Positions 41,641 through 49,813 of a stretch of 64,000 nucleotides of DNA are shown here, piece after piece. Positions within the stretch are counted from its first letter, which is position 1. Each line of letters opens with the position of its first letter. The notes beneath the pieces were generated by a model. The model made no database searches. It worked only from the letters and a program-made list of their open reading frames with translations, and was not told the origin of the DNA. Origin of the DNA: a virus (Duplodnaviria; Heunggongvirae; Uroviricota; Caudoviricetes); IMG/VR virus record IMGVR_UViG_3300033489_000001, positions 190,023-254,022 of that record. One strand, given 5' to 3'. Made by a program: the position numbers and the translations under genes.

Positions 41641-41723
41641 GCGGGTGTGGCGGAACGGAAGACGCACCAGGTTTAGGCCCTGGCGTTCGAAAGAACGTGG
41701 GGGTTCAAATCCCTTCGCCCGCA
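41641..41723 (+). tRNA. tRNA-Leu(TAG)
   Basis: CCAGG-TTTAGGC-CCTGG; long variable arm. Confidence 0.93.
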
Positions 41724-41729
41724 CTGTGA

Positions 41730-41812
41730 GCAGGTGTGGTGGAATGGCAGACACGCCGGATCGAGGGTTCGGTGGCTTCAAAACCGTGCTGGTTCAAATC
41801 CAGTCACCTGCA
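41730..41812 (+). tRNA. tRNA-Leu(GAG), C33
   Basis: CCGGA-TCGAGGG-TTCGG. Confidence 0.9.
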
Positions 41813-41865
41813 CCGGTAGTTCACGGAAATAGCTATGTTTACGGTTACTTGAACATTAAGGATAA

Positions 41866-41950
41866 GCTCCGATGGTGGAACTCGGCATACACCCCGGTCT
41901 TAGAAGCCGGGGCTCGAAAGAGCGTACAGGTTCAAATCCTGTTCGGAGCA
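41866..41950 (+). tRNA. tRNA-Leu(TAG), second isodecoder
   Basis: Loop CTTAGAA. Confidence 0.92.
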
Positions 41951-41954
41951 CTAC

Positions 41955-42037
41955 GGAAAGCAAACTGGTCCGGGATCAGCCCCGCCTTGAAAGCGGTGGG
42001 CACCGAGAGGTGTGGAGTTCGACCCTTCTGCTTTCCG
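41955..42037 (+). tRNA. tRNA-Ser(TGA)
   Basis: Loop CTTGAAA; G73. Confidence 0.9.
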
Positions 42038-42044
42038 CCGGTTT

Positions 42045-42128
42045 GGAGGATGAACTGGCCGTGGGGTCAGACCTGCTTCGAAAACAGGATGCACCGAGAG
42101 GTGTGGAGTTCGAGCCTTCCGTCCTCCG
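42045..42128 (+). tRNA. tRNA-Ser(CGA)
   Basis: Loop TTCGAAA; variable and T arms shared with the Ser(TGA) gene. Confidence 0.88.
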
Positions 42129-42147
42129 CTGATCTTTGAAAAGTTAT

Positions 42148-42235
42148 GCGGATATGGTGAAATTGGCAGCCACGGTAGTCTCAAAAGCTACTGGTCTAAA
42201 AAACCGTACTGGTTCGAGTCCAGTTATCCGCACCA
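42148..42235 (+). tRNA. tRNA-Leu(CAA)
   Basis: Loop CTCAAAA; CCA. Confidence 0.93.
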
Positions 42236-42236
42236 T

Positions 42237-42321
42237 GCGGGCGTGGCGTAATTGGCAGCCGCGTCAGACTTAAAATCTGGTGGTCTAAAAAACCGTGCTG
42301 GTTCAAGTCCAGTCGCCCGCA
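42237..42321 (+). tRNA. tRNA-Leu(TAA)
   Basis: Loop CTTAAAA. Confidence 0.93.
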
Positions 42322-42384
42322 CAAAAACAATGGATTATCAAAACAATTGTTGAAGTTTACATTTGGTTTGGTATCCTCTGCGGA

Positions 42385-43017
42385 ATGACAGCCAAGCCTG
42401 AGTATAGACATCCAAACACTAAATGCAGTATTTGTGAAAAACCAGTATATCGGCGTCCAAATGAATTACTTAGACTAAAAAATGTATATTGTTGTAGAAA
42501 ATGTCAAGGGGCACCAAGAAAGGCAACTCTTAAATCAAAAATTTGTCCCCAATGTAAGAAAGAATTTACGCACCCTTCGTACCAACCCAGAACGTATTGT
42601 TCGCTTTCTTGCTCCAGCCTAGCAAGACGCGGAAGGCATCATAAACATAATAAGGGATATTTGCCCCGGAACGTTGATCGTCTCTTGCATTTGCTAGAAG
42701 AAGCTAAAACAACTCACTGCATGATTGAAGGATGTTTGTACGAAAACACTCTCGATGTACACAGGCTGATAACTGGCAAAAAAGGAGGAAAATATAAGAA
42801 AGGTAATATGTTTGCTTTATGCCCCAATCACCACGCTGAATTGCATAGAGGTGTCATTGAGGTCCAAAAGGTAGGCCCCTATAAACTAAAAATTGTTAGA
42901 ATAATAGCAAAAACGCAATTAGATAAATATGCAAGGCAATGGCGTATATGGAAAATGAGTCTAATTGATAACAAAAAAGGCCATGCTGATATTGGAAGAC
43001 AGCCGGATATTGGTTAG
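42385..43017 (+). CDS. HNH endonuclease with Zn fingers, inserted in the tRNA cluster
   Basis: CSICEK, CPQCKKEF..YCSLSC, LDVHRL...GG.Y...N...LCPNHHAELH; start reassigned to ATG 42385. Confidence 0.82.
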   Translation: MTAKPEYRHPNTKCSICEKPVYRRPNELLRLKNVYCCRKCQGAPRKATLKSKICPQCKKEFTHPSYQPRTYCSLSCSSLARRGRHHKHNKGYLPRNVDRLLHLLEEAKTTHCMIEGCLYENTLDVHRLITGKKGGKYKKGNMFALCPNHHAELHRGVIEVQKVGPYKLKIVRIIAKTQLDKYARQWRIWKMSLIDNKKGHADIGRQPDIG

Positions 43018-43080
43018 CCGGGCTCGCCTGGAAAGCGGGTGGCCGTAAAAGGTCTAAGAGTTCGATTCCCTTGTCTTCCG
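42994..43080 (+). tRNA. tRNA-Ser(GGA)
   Basis: Loop CTGGAAA; long variable arm. Confidence 0.92.
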
Positions 43081-43131
43081 CTAAAGCGAGGCTGAAAAGC
43101 CCTTGGCGGTTCGATCCCGCCCCTTTCCGCC
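43080..43131 (+). pseudogene. 3' half of a Ser-type tRNA
   Basis: Variable arm GGCT-GAAA-AGCC, T arm GGCGG-TTCGATC-CCGCC, CCTTTCC-G-CCA; no 5' half. Confidence 0.7.
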
Positions 43132-43173
43132 AAAATAGTTCTTGAATTTTTCCTCTCTCCGGTGTAGTAACAA

Positions 43174-44333
43174 ATGGAGGACAAAACAATGACCATACCT
43201 ATTCACCAAGAGCCTGACATAGGCAGTCCACATGAAAAGTGTTGCTTTTGCAGGACCCCAACTCCTTATTGGACTTCACTTGATACCCGTAAACCGGGTG
43301 ACCAGGTTGCTTGTTGCCCGTCTTGTGCCAAACGTGGGGATGCAATTGACGTACCTTCAAAGAAGGTTTGGTGCCGTCGTGAGCGGATAGTGGAGGGCTT
43401 CTAAAATGGATTTTCCCTATCTTATTCAAAGAGTAATTTTCCTGGTTCATCCTTTGGAAGACAAAAAGGGTGTGGACAAGTATTTTCACTTTGACTATAT
43501 GGGCTCATCTGAATTCGAATGGGGTGTTCTTCCCAAAGCTCTAAAAGAAATGAGAGCGGCGCTCACGGATGAATGGAAGCCCAAAAAGATTCAAGTCAAA
43601 GATAAGGTTGTCTGGTACGTTGGGGCCGAAGAATCTTTCCTTTGTGCTGAAGCTCTCTTCTTAGACCAATTGGGCAGTCGGAGATGCCGCCTAAAGGAGA
43701 TCACCGGGATAGCTGATTCCATAAGTCCTAAAGAGCCACCGGCAGCCTACAGCGGTTATGACGGATGGTGGGCTCTTGACGGAGAACCTCCTTGGGCCTT
43801 TTTCATAAAGAAAGAATATGCTCAGGAGTGGCTCAAAGGATTGCGAGAAAAGAGATAATTGAGCTTTAGAAGAAGGGTACAAAAGAATGAATCTAACTGG
43901 AATGCGGCCGATGATGGTTGGTGAAGTGGTACAAGCCGGGGATAGAATGATCTATGCAAGTACCGTGGCTGTAATTACAGTGTGCAAGTATGGCTACGGC
44001 TGTTGTGTGGGTCACGTGGTTGAACCGCAAGATAACTACTGGACCGACCGTCTTTTTATTAAAGCAGAAGCTTTAAAAACTTGAACTTTCTCTCCCCTCG
44101 GTGTAGTAATAGGGATGCGAAACAAGCATGGATACGATCATACAACAGGCGAAGGCCAAAAGCGGATGATGTACGAGTCCAGACCATTTAAATCGTCTCC
44201 CATACCAACACTCACATACTACCAAGAAGGCGAGTATGGTTCTGACCCAATCCTGGACAGCGAGGGAAACCCCACTGGCCTCATACGAATGGTACCTACG
44301 GGCCGTGTAGTAGACCTATCTGTGAAGAAATAA
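43174..44333 (+). other. Four hypothetical CDSs (43174-43404, 43406-43858, 43887-44084, 44115-44333)
   Basis: ORF track; two start directly after the recurrent promoter. Confidence 0.65.
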
Positions 44334-44370
44334 TCCTTGAACTTTACTTCCTTTCGGTGTAGTAATAGTT

Positions 44371-44556
44371 ATGCGTTATTACCCTTCAGATGATGCTCTA
44401 ATTATTAAATCCTGGTGCGATAATCCGGAAGAACAAGCTATAGAGCAGGCTAGGCATTTAGCTTGCCTCCCCTTCGCTTTCAAACAGATTTGTTTGATGC
44501 CGGATACGTACCTAGGATATGGGGTGCCGATTGGCGGGGGCATCCGTTAGTTCTTG
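44371..44556 (+). pseudogene. Truncated 5' fragment of a second rtcB (61 aa)
   Basis: IKSWCDNPEEQAIEQARHLACLPF...LMPDTYLGYGVPIGG then stop. Confidence 0.8.
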
Positions 44557-44600
44557 AGCCTTATTGTGTGTTAATAATCCATTTATGTTTCAATGAAGTG

Positions 44601-45398
44601 ATGCCCATTTCACTGAAACACCTAGATTTAACTATTCCTGAACTGGCTTACTTATTAGGTTTTCTTCAGACCGATGGAACTATGGCAAAAGAAAGTAGGA
44701 ATAGAGGTCGCATTGTTGTAGAGGTATCTAAACGTGACAGAGATATACTAAGAAAACTCAAAAAAATCATTCCTGTTTACTCTTCTTTGAGGACAAGAAA
44801 AAGAGATACTAATTTTAAGAAAGATCATAATAGTGTCATTTGGCGTGTATTTGATCAATCTATACGAGAACTATTTAATTTAGCAGGCTTACCGTACGGT
44901 AAAAAATCTGACTTGGTGTGTGCCCCAAATGTTCCCTTTTCCAAGCCCGATTACTATCGTGGCATTATTGATGGGGATGGCTCATTAGGTTTTACTAGCG
45001 CTGGATTCCCTTTTTTGTCTTTAACAACAGCAAGTTCTTCTTTAGTGGATAGTTATTTGACTTACTTATTCTCATTGACAGGAAAGAAGAAGATTCTGCA
45101 TCCTAATAAACGAGACGCCGTGTACAATCCATGCGTTTTTAAAGAAGACGCGCAGACCGTTGCTAAAAATTTATACTATGAAGGTTGTTTGTCTTTAGAT
45201 AGAAAGAAACGATTAGCCCACTCTATTCTTTTGTGGCAACGTCCGAATAATATGCGAAAACGAGGGAATTTTAAACATTGGACGCCGGAAGAGGATGCTG
45301 TAGTTAAACGTGAATCAACAACTATAGCCGCCAACCTACTTGGACGAACTGAGATAAGTATTCGTGTGAGGGCCAGTCGAATTCGGAAACGGAAATAA
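44601..45398 (+). CDS. Double-motif LAGLIDADG homing endonuclease
   Basis: AYLLGFLQTDG and YYRGIIDGDGS; C-terminal WTPEED HTH; start reassigned to 44601. Confidence 0.9.
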   Translation: MPISLKHLDLTIPELAYLLGFLQTDGTMAKESRNRGRIVVEVSKRDRDILRKLKKIIPVYSSLRTRKRDTNFKKDHNSVIWRVFDQSIRELFNLAGLPYGKKSDLVCAPNVPFSKPDYYRGIIDGDGSLGFTSAGFPFLSLTTASSSLVDSYLTYLFSLTGKKKILHPNKRDAVYNPCVFKEDAQTVAKNLYYEGCLSLDRKKRLAHSILLWQRPNNMRKRGNFKHWTPEEDAVVKRESTTIAANLLGRTEISIRVRASRIRKRK

Positions 45399-45435
45399 TC
45401 CTTGATCTTCTTCCTCTTTCGGTGTAGTAATAAGT

Positions 45436-46542
45436 ATGGGCAAACCTATTAAAATATTTGCTGACAATCCTGATCCGGCTACAATGAATCAATTCTATGA
45501 GGCAATGAAGCAAGATAGTGCGGTTCAGGGAGCGATCATGCCAGACGTTCATAAAGGATATACGCTTCCTATTGGATCGGTCGTGGCCACGGAGGGTATG
45601 ATTTATCCTGCATGGGTCGGATACGATATTGGGTGTGGTGTATGCGCAACCCTGACTAGTTTTGACAAGAGAGAGATAGACATTCATCGTGAAGCAATCT
45701 TCAAGAAAATTTACGAAACGGTTCCCATTGGGCTTGGGGTGCATCATGCGAAGATTCAGGAACCGTGGGATACTAAACAACTTCAGCATACAAAAAAGCT
45801 AGCTACCATCTATAAGGACAAGCATGGGGAGCTACAATTAGGGTCGTTAGGGTCAGGTAACCATTTTATTGAGGTCGGATACGATGAAAATGATGGGATC
45901 TGGGTCGTTGTTCATAGCGGTTCTCGTGGGGTTGGCCATGGCGTTGCTTCTCACTACATGGCATTAGCATCCGGGGGAGGCCAAAAAGAATGGCACTTTG
46001 GGTTAAAAACCGACAGTCAAGAAGGTCAAGACTATATTGCTGATCTAGATTTCTGTCTTGCCTTTGCACTTGAAAACAGGCTCAGGTTATTAAACAGCAC
46101 TATAGCTTCAATCCAAACCTTTTGTTCCGGTGGAAAAGGGCTAAGCTCAGAACTTATCAACCGAAACCATAATCATGCTGTACAAAAAGATGGTAGATGG
46201 ATCCATCGAAAGGGGGCTACTCATGCTGAGGAAGGGATGTTTGGTGTTATCCCTGGAAACATGCGCGATGGTTCTTTCATTGTTATAGGAAAAGGCAATC
46301 CAGAATCTTTATGCTCTAGCTCTCACGGTGCTGGTAGAGTAAAAGGTCGAGCAGAAGCAAAAAGAACCATAACACTAGAGCATTTTCAGGATCAAATGAG
46401 AGAGGTTACGGCTAGAGTTGATGAAACCGTCCTTGATGAATCTCCAGGCGCTTACAAGAATATTTTTGAGGTTATGCTCCTTCAAAGAGATTTGGTAGAA
46501 GTGCTGCACAAAGTAAACCCAATGATTAACGTCAAAGGATGA
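45436..46542 (+). CDS. rtcB: RtcB RNA ligase
   Basis: MPDVHKGY.LPIG, VGYDIGCG, LGSGNHFIE, HSGSRG, HNH, HRKGA, SSSHGAGR, DESPGAYK. Confidence 0.96.
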   Translation: MGKPIKIFADNPDPATMNQFYEAMKQDSAVQGAIMPDVHKGYTLPIGSVVATEGMIYPAWVGYDIGCGVCATLTSFDKREIDIHREAIFKKIYETVPIGLGVHHAKIQEPWDTKQLQHTKKLATIYKDKHGELQLGSLGSGNHFIEVGYDENDGIWVVVHSGSRGVGHGVASHYMALASGGGQKEWHFGLKTDSQEGQDYIADLDFCLAFALENRLRLLNSTIASIQTFCSGGKGLSSELINRNHNHAVQKDGRWIHRKGATHAEEGMFGVIPGNMRDGSFIVIGKGNPESLCSSSHGAGRVKGRAEAKRTITLEHFQDQMREVTARVDETVLDESPGAYKNIFEVMLLQRDLVEVLHKVNPMINVKG

Positions 46543-46907
46543 AAACCGTAATGTCCGAGCAAGAAGACTTGGTTGAAATCCTTGTCAAATTAGAGCCCTT
46601 GGCGGTTATTAAAGGATGACACGGAGTGCTATGCCTCTCAAAAAACATACGACTGTGGTGGGCATAAAATGGAGGCAAGATAAAGACAACTTGGCTTTTT
46701 ATCGTGGCCCAATCTATTTCTTAGCAAATGATCCAAAATGTAGCCGCCGTGGTAACTTTGGTATGTTTGATGGGGAGAAGGTAACAACATCGGGTAATAC
46801 ACTAGAGGTAAATTATGATGCCATCACCGATTGGTTGCCTTTTGAAGACGTGGCAAATCTTCTTCCTATTGATGTGCAAGACCTAAATTAGAAATAGGAT
46901 AAAAATA

Positions 46908-47957
46908 ATGAGTGACAATAGAGCTTTAGCAACGATTAGGCGGGTGGCCTCCATAGAAGTCATTCCGAATGCCAATAACATTGAACTAGCTCATATTGAC
47001 GGATGGCAATGTGTTGTCAAAAAAGGAGAGTTCACTTCCGGTGACCTTGGCGTTTATTTTGAAATCGACTCTTATTTGCCAATCGAACCTCGGTACGAGT
47101 TCTTACGTAAGTCTTCGTATAGGAAGCTACCCGAGTTAACTGACAGGCGTTGCGAAGGTTTTAGACTTCGTACGGTTAAGCTCAGAGGCGCTTTATCACA
47201 AGGCTTGCTGCTACCTCTATCTACGTTTCCTGAACTAGATAATGCAGAGGTTGGCTCAGATGTAACCCAGACTCTCAATGTAGCCTTATTTGAGCCTCCA
47301 ATAGATGCATCTCTAGAGGGTAAGGTCAAAGGCTTATTTCCAGGGTATCTCCATAAGACACACCAGGATCGCATACAAAATGTTCTAGAATATCTTACGC
47401 TATATAAAGATGAGTTGTATGAAGTAACAGAAAAGATAAACGGCACATCAATGACCGTGTTGTATAACAAGGGCTACTATGGTGTGTTTGGTCACGCTAT
47501 GGAATTCTGTCTCGATACTCCTAACGCGTTCATTAGAGTAGCTGAAGCGTTAGGTATCGAAAAGGCTCTAAGAGCGCTAAACAAGAATATAGCTATCCAA
47601 GGTGAGCTTGCTGGCGAGGGTATCCAGGGAAATCCCTTGAAGATTAAAGGGCATAAGTTTCTAGTGTTTGATATTTGGGATGTTGATACATGCAAGTACT
47701 TTACAGCGGTAAAGCGTAACCTCATACTAAGAGAGCTTGTTGACGTAGGACTCAAACTAGACCATGTGCCTGTAGTAAAGATTATGTATCTCAGAGATAT
47801 TCCGGAGCTAACACTTGAGAAATTATTAGCATTTGCTGATGGCATGTCTTTGATTAACCCAAAAGTACGTAGAGAGGGCGTTGTCTTCAAGTCTTTTGAA
47901 AACGTAGATGTACCATCATTCAAAGTTCTCTCGAATGATTACTTGCTACACGAGTGA
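46908..47957 (+). CDS. ATP-dependent RNA ligase, Rnl2/DRB0094 type
   Basis: VYFEIDS, TEKINGTS (motif I), QGELAG, VFDI, REGVVFK, FKVLSN. Confidence 0.92.
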   Translation: MSDNRALATIRRVASIEVIPNANNIELAHIDGWQCVVKKGEFTSGDLGVYFEIDSYLPIEPRYEFLRKSSYRKLPELTDRRCEGFRLRTVKLRGALSQGLLLPLSTFPELDNAEVGSDVTQTLNVALFEPPIDASLEGKVKGLFPGYLHKTHQDRIQNVLEYLTLYKDELYEVTEKINGTSMTVLYNKGYYGVFGHAMEFCLDTPNAFIRVAEALGIEKALRALNKNIAIQGELAGEGIQGNPLKIKGHKFLVFDIWDVDTCKYFTAVKRNLILRELVDVGLKLDHVPVVKIMYLRDIPELTLEKLLAFADGMSLINPKVRREGVVFKSFENVDVPSFKVLSNDYLLHE

Positions 47958-48246
47958 GGGGTTTCCGTCATGCTGCGGTTGCGGGTACTGTTGTCTCAAA
48001 GCGCCGTGCATTGTAGCCTATAAGGAATACGGAGCGTTTGTTACAATATGCCCAGGTTTGCGTTGGAACGGAGAGAGGCACGTATGCAAACTTATGGAGC
48101 TTCCCGGCCCTAAAGGTGAGCTTTATCGAAGAGAATTGTTTGCCGGAGCCGGGTGTACTAGTAACTTGAACTCATGGCGAAGAGAAAAACTTAAAAACAG
48201 AATAGTTGAAGTTCAAAAGAGGTATCAACGTTTAGCCACAAGATAA
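47908..48246 (+). CDS. Cys-rich (CxxCxxCC) protein
   Basis: CCGCGYCCLKAPC; start uncertain. Confidence 0.5.
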   Translation: MYHHSKFSRMITCYTSEGFPSCCGCGYCCLKAPCIVAYKEYGAFVTICPGLRWNGERHVCKLMELPGPKGELYRRELFAGAGCTSNLNSWRREKLKNRIVEVQKRYQRLATR

Positions 48247-48464
48247 AGAAAAGTCATGACGAAAGAAACCAGACGGGACTTAATTTTAGGAGAGATCAGC
48301 GATAGAGTTGCTGATTTATTGTATTACAACAGAAAAGAAGATGAGGAACTACCTGTTGGAGAGATAGAAAAGGCTATAGCTTCTGGAGAGATTAGTGTAG
48401 ACGAAATGGCGGCTAAATTCCGGGAAGTTATTGAAGAATCTTTGAAGGAAGACTCCGAAGAAAA

Positions 48465-48731
48465 ATGAAACATCAAACTAGAGAAGTAATGACTCCTGAG
48501 AACCCGCGCTGGAGTAAATTCATAGAGTTGCTTGAGGGGCCGGAGGGGTGTAATTTCAAGAAAGATAAAAAGCGTGCATATACTTGGAAGTGTAAAGGTG
48601 GTACCGACAAATCCTATGCAATCGCAATTCTTAAAGAAATGGGCAACATAGATATAGATGCTTCAGTGGAATATTTCGATGAACACGGGGGTCACTGCGA
48701 TTGTGAGATTGTTTTTAATGTGAACCTTTGA
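48465..48731 (+). CDS. DUF2695-like protein
   Basis: GGHCDCEIVFN C-terminal motif. Confidence 0.65.
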   Translation: MKHQTREVMTPENPRWSKFIELLEGPEGCNFKKDKKRAYTWKCKGGTDKSYAIAILKEMGNIDIDASVEYFDEHGGHCDCEIVFNVNL

Positions 48732-48743
48732 GGAAGTAAGTTA

Positions 48744-49697
48744 ATGGATTTTAAAGCAATAGCTGAGAAAAATAAGATCCTCGAAATTCAAGTTGGTTCC
48801 CACTTGTTTGGAACTAACACGCCGGACAGTGATTTGGATTTAGTAGGCATCTTTCTGCCCTCCGAAGAGATGGTTTACGGTTTTCAAGAATGTGACGAAG
48901 TGGACCTGAGCATAGTGGCTAAAGATGAAACCGGGCGAAATACCTCGGAAGCTATTGACCGAAAATATTACGAGTTCCGAAAGTTTGTTCGCTTGGCTAT
49001 GCAGAATAACCCAAACATTTTGCATGTGCTATTTGTAGATCAGAAGAACATTGTAGCTATCAACCAGGCTGGAAAAAGACTACTAGCCAAGGCCGAGCTT
49101 TTTCCTCACAAAGGAGCGCATCACCGGTTTGTCAAATATGCCGATGGGCAACGACACAAGATGAGGATTAAACCCGAAAACTATGCCAAGTTGGAACAAG
49201 GACTAGAGGTTCTCAGTAAAGTAGACCCTCACATGGTTTTAGGTGAACTACGCAATACCCCTCCCTTTGTTGATAAGGGTAAAGGGAGGCATATTTGCTT
49301 AGGCGACTTGAACTTTGAGGCTGGAGTATACGCAAAGAAAGCCATTGGGATGATCAAGACTCGGTTAAGCAAAGCTACGAGCCGGGTTCAGCTCTATACA
49401 AAATTTGGTTTTGACGTGAAATTTGGATCAAATCTCATCCAGCTTTTGAAAGAAGGCATTGAGATAATGAACACGGGGCGGATTGTGATGCCTTTAGCTT
49501 ACCGGCAAGACATCCTGGATATCAAGCAGGGGAAGTATTCCGTGGAAGAGATTTTGAAGTGGGCCGACGATTTGGTTGAGGAAGCCAGGGGGGCTTATGA
49601 AACGTCCAAACTGCCCACCGAACCCCGTAGCAAAGAGATTGAAGCCTTCGTTATGGAAGAAGTGAGAGGCTTCTTGACGCGATCCCTAATATGCTAA
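48744..49697 (+). CDS. Pol-beta-family nucleotidyltransferase (RlaP-like)
   Basis: GSHLFGTNTPDSDLDLVGIF, NNPNIL..LF, K..SNLIQLL. Confidence 0.85.
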   Translation: MDFKAIAEKNKILEIQVGSHLFGTNTPDSDLDLVGIFLPSEEMVYGFQECDEVDLSIVAKDETGRNTSEAIDRKYYEFRKFVRLAMQNNPNILHVLFVDQKNIVAINQAGKRLLAKAELFPHKGAHHRFVKYADGQRHKMRIKPENYAKLEQGLEVLSKVDPHMVLGELRNTPPFVDKGKGRHICLGDLNFEAGVYAKKAIGMIKTRLSKATSRVQLYTKFGFDVKFGSNLIQLLKEGIEIMNTGRIVMPLAYRQDILDIKQGKYSVEEILKWADDLVEEARGAYETSKLPTEPRSKEIEAFVMEEVRGFLTRSLIC

Positions 49698-49813
49698 TTG
49701 GCCCCTTAACCATTAAATAATCTAAATCGCGTTCACTTCTACCTAAGAAATAAAAATTCTATTCCTCCAGTGTATTAGGGATAGATATTAATTCTTAATC
49801 GGAGAAAAGGTAG

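Noticed and set aside
44371-46542. Group I intron splitting a single rtcB
   Set aside because: The downstream rtcB has its own promoter and a complete N-terminus; no intron core or separate second exon was recognisable.
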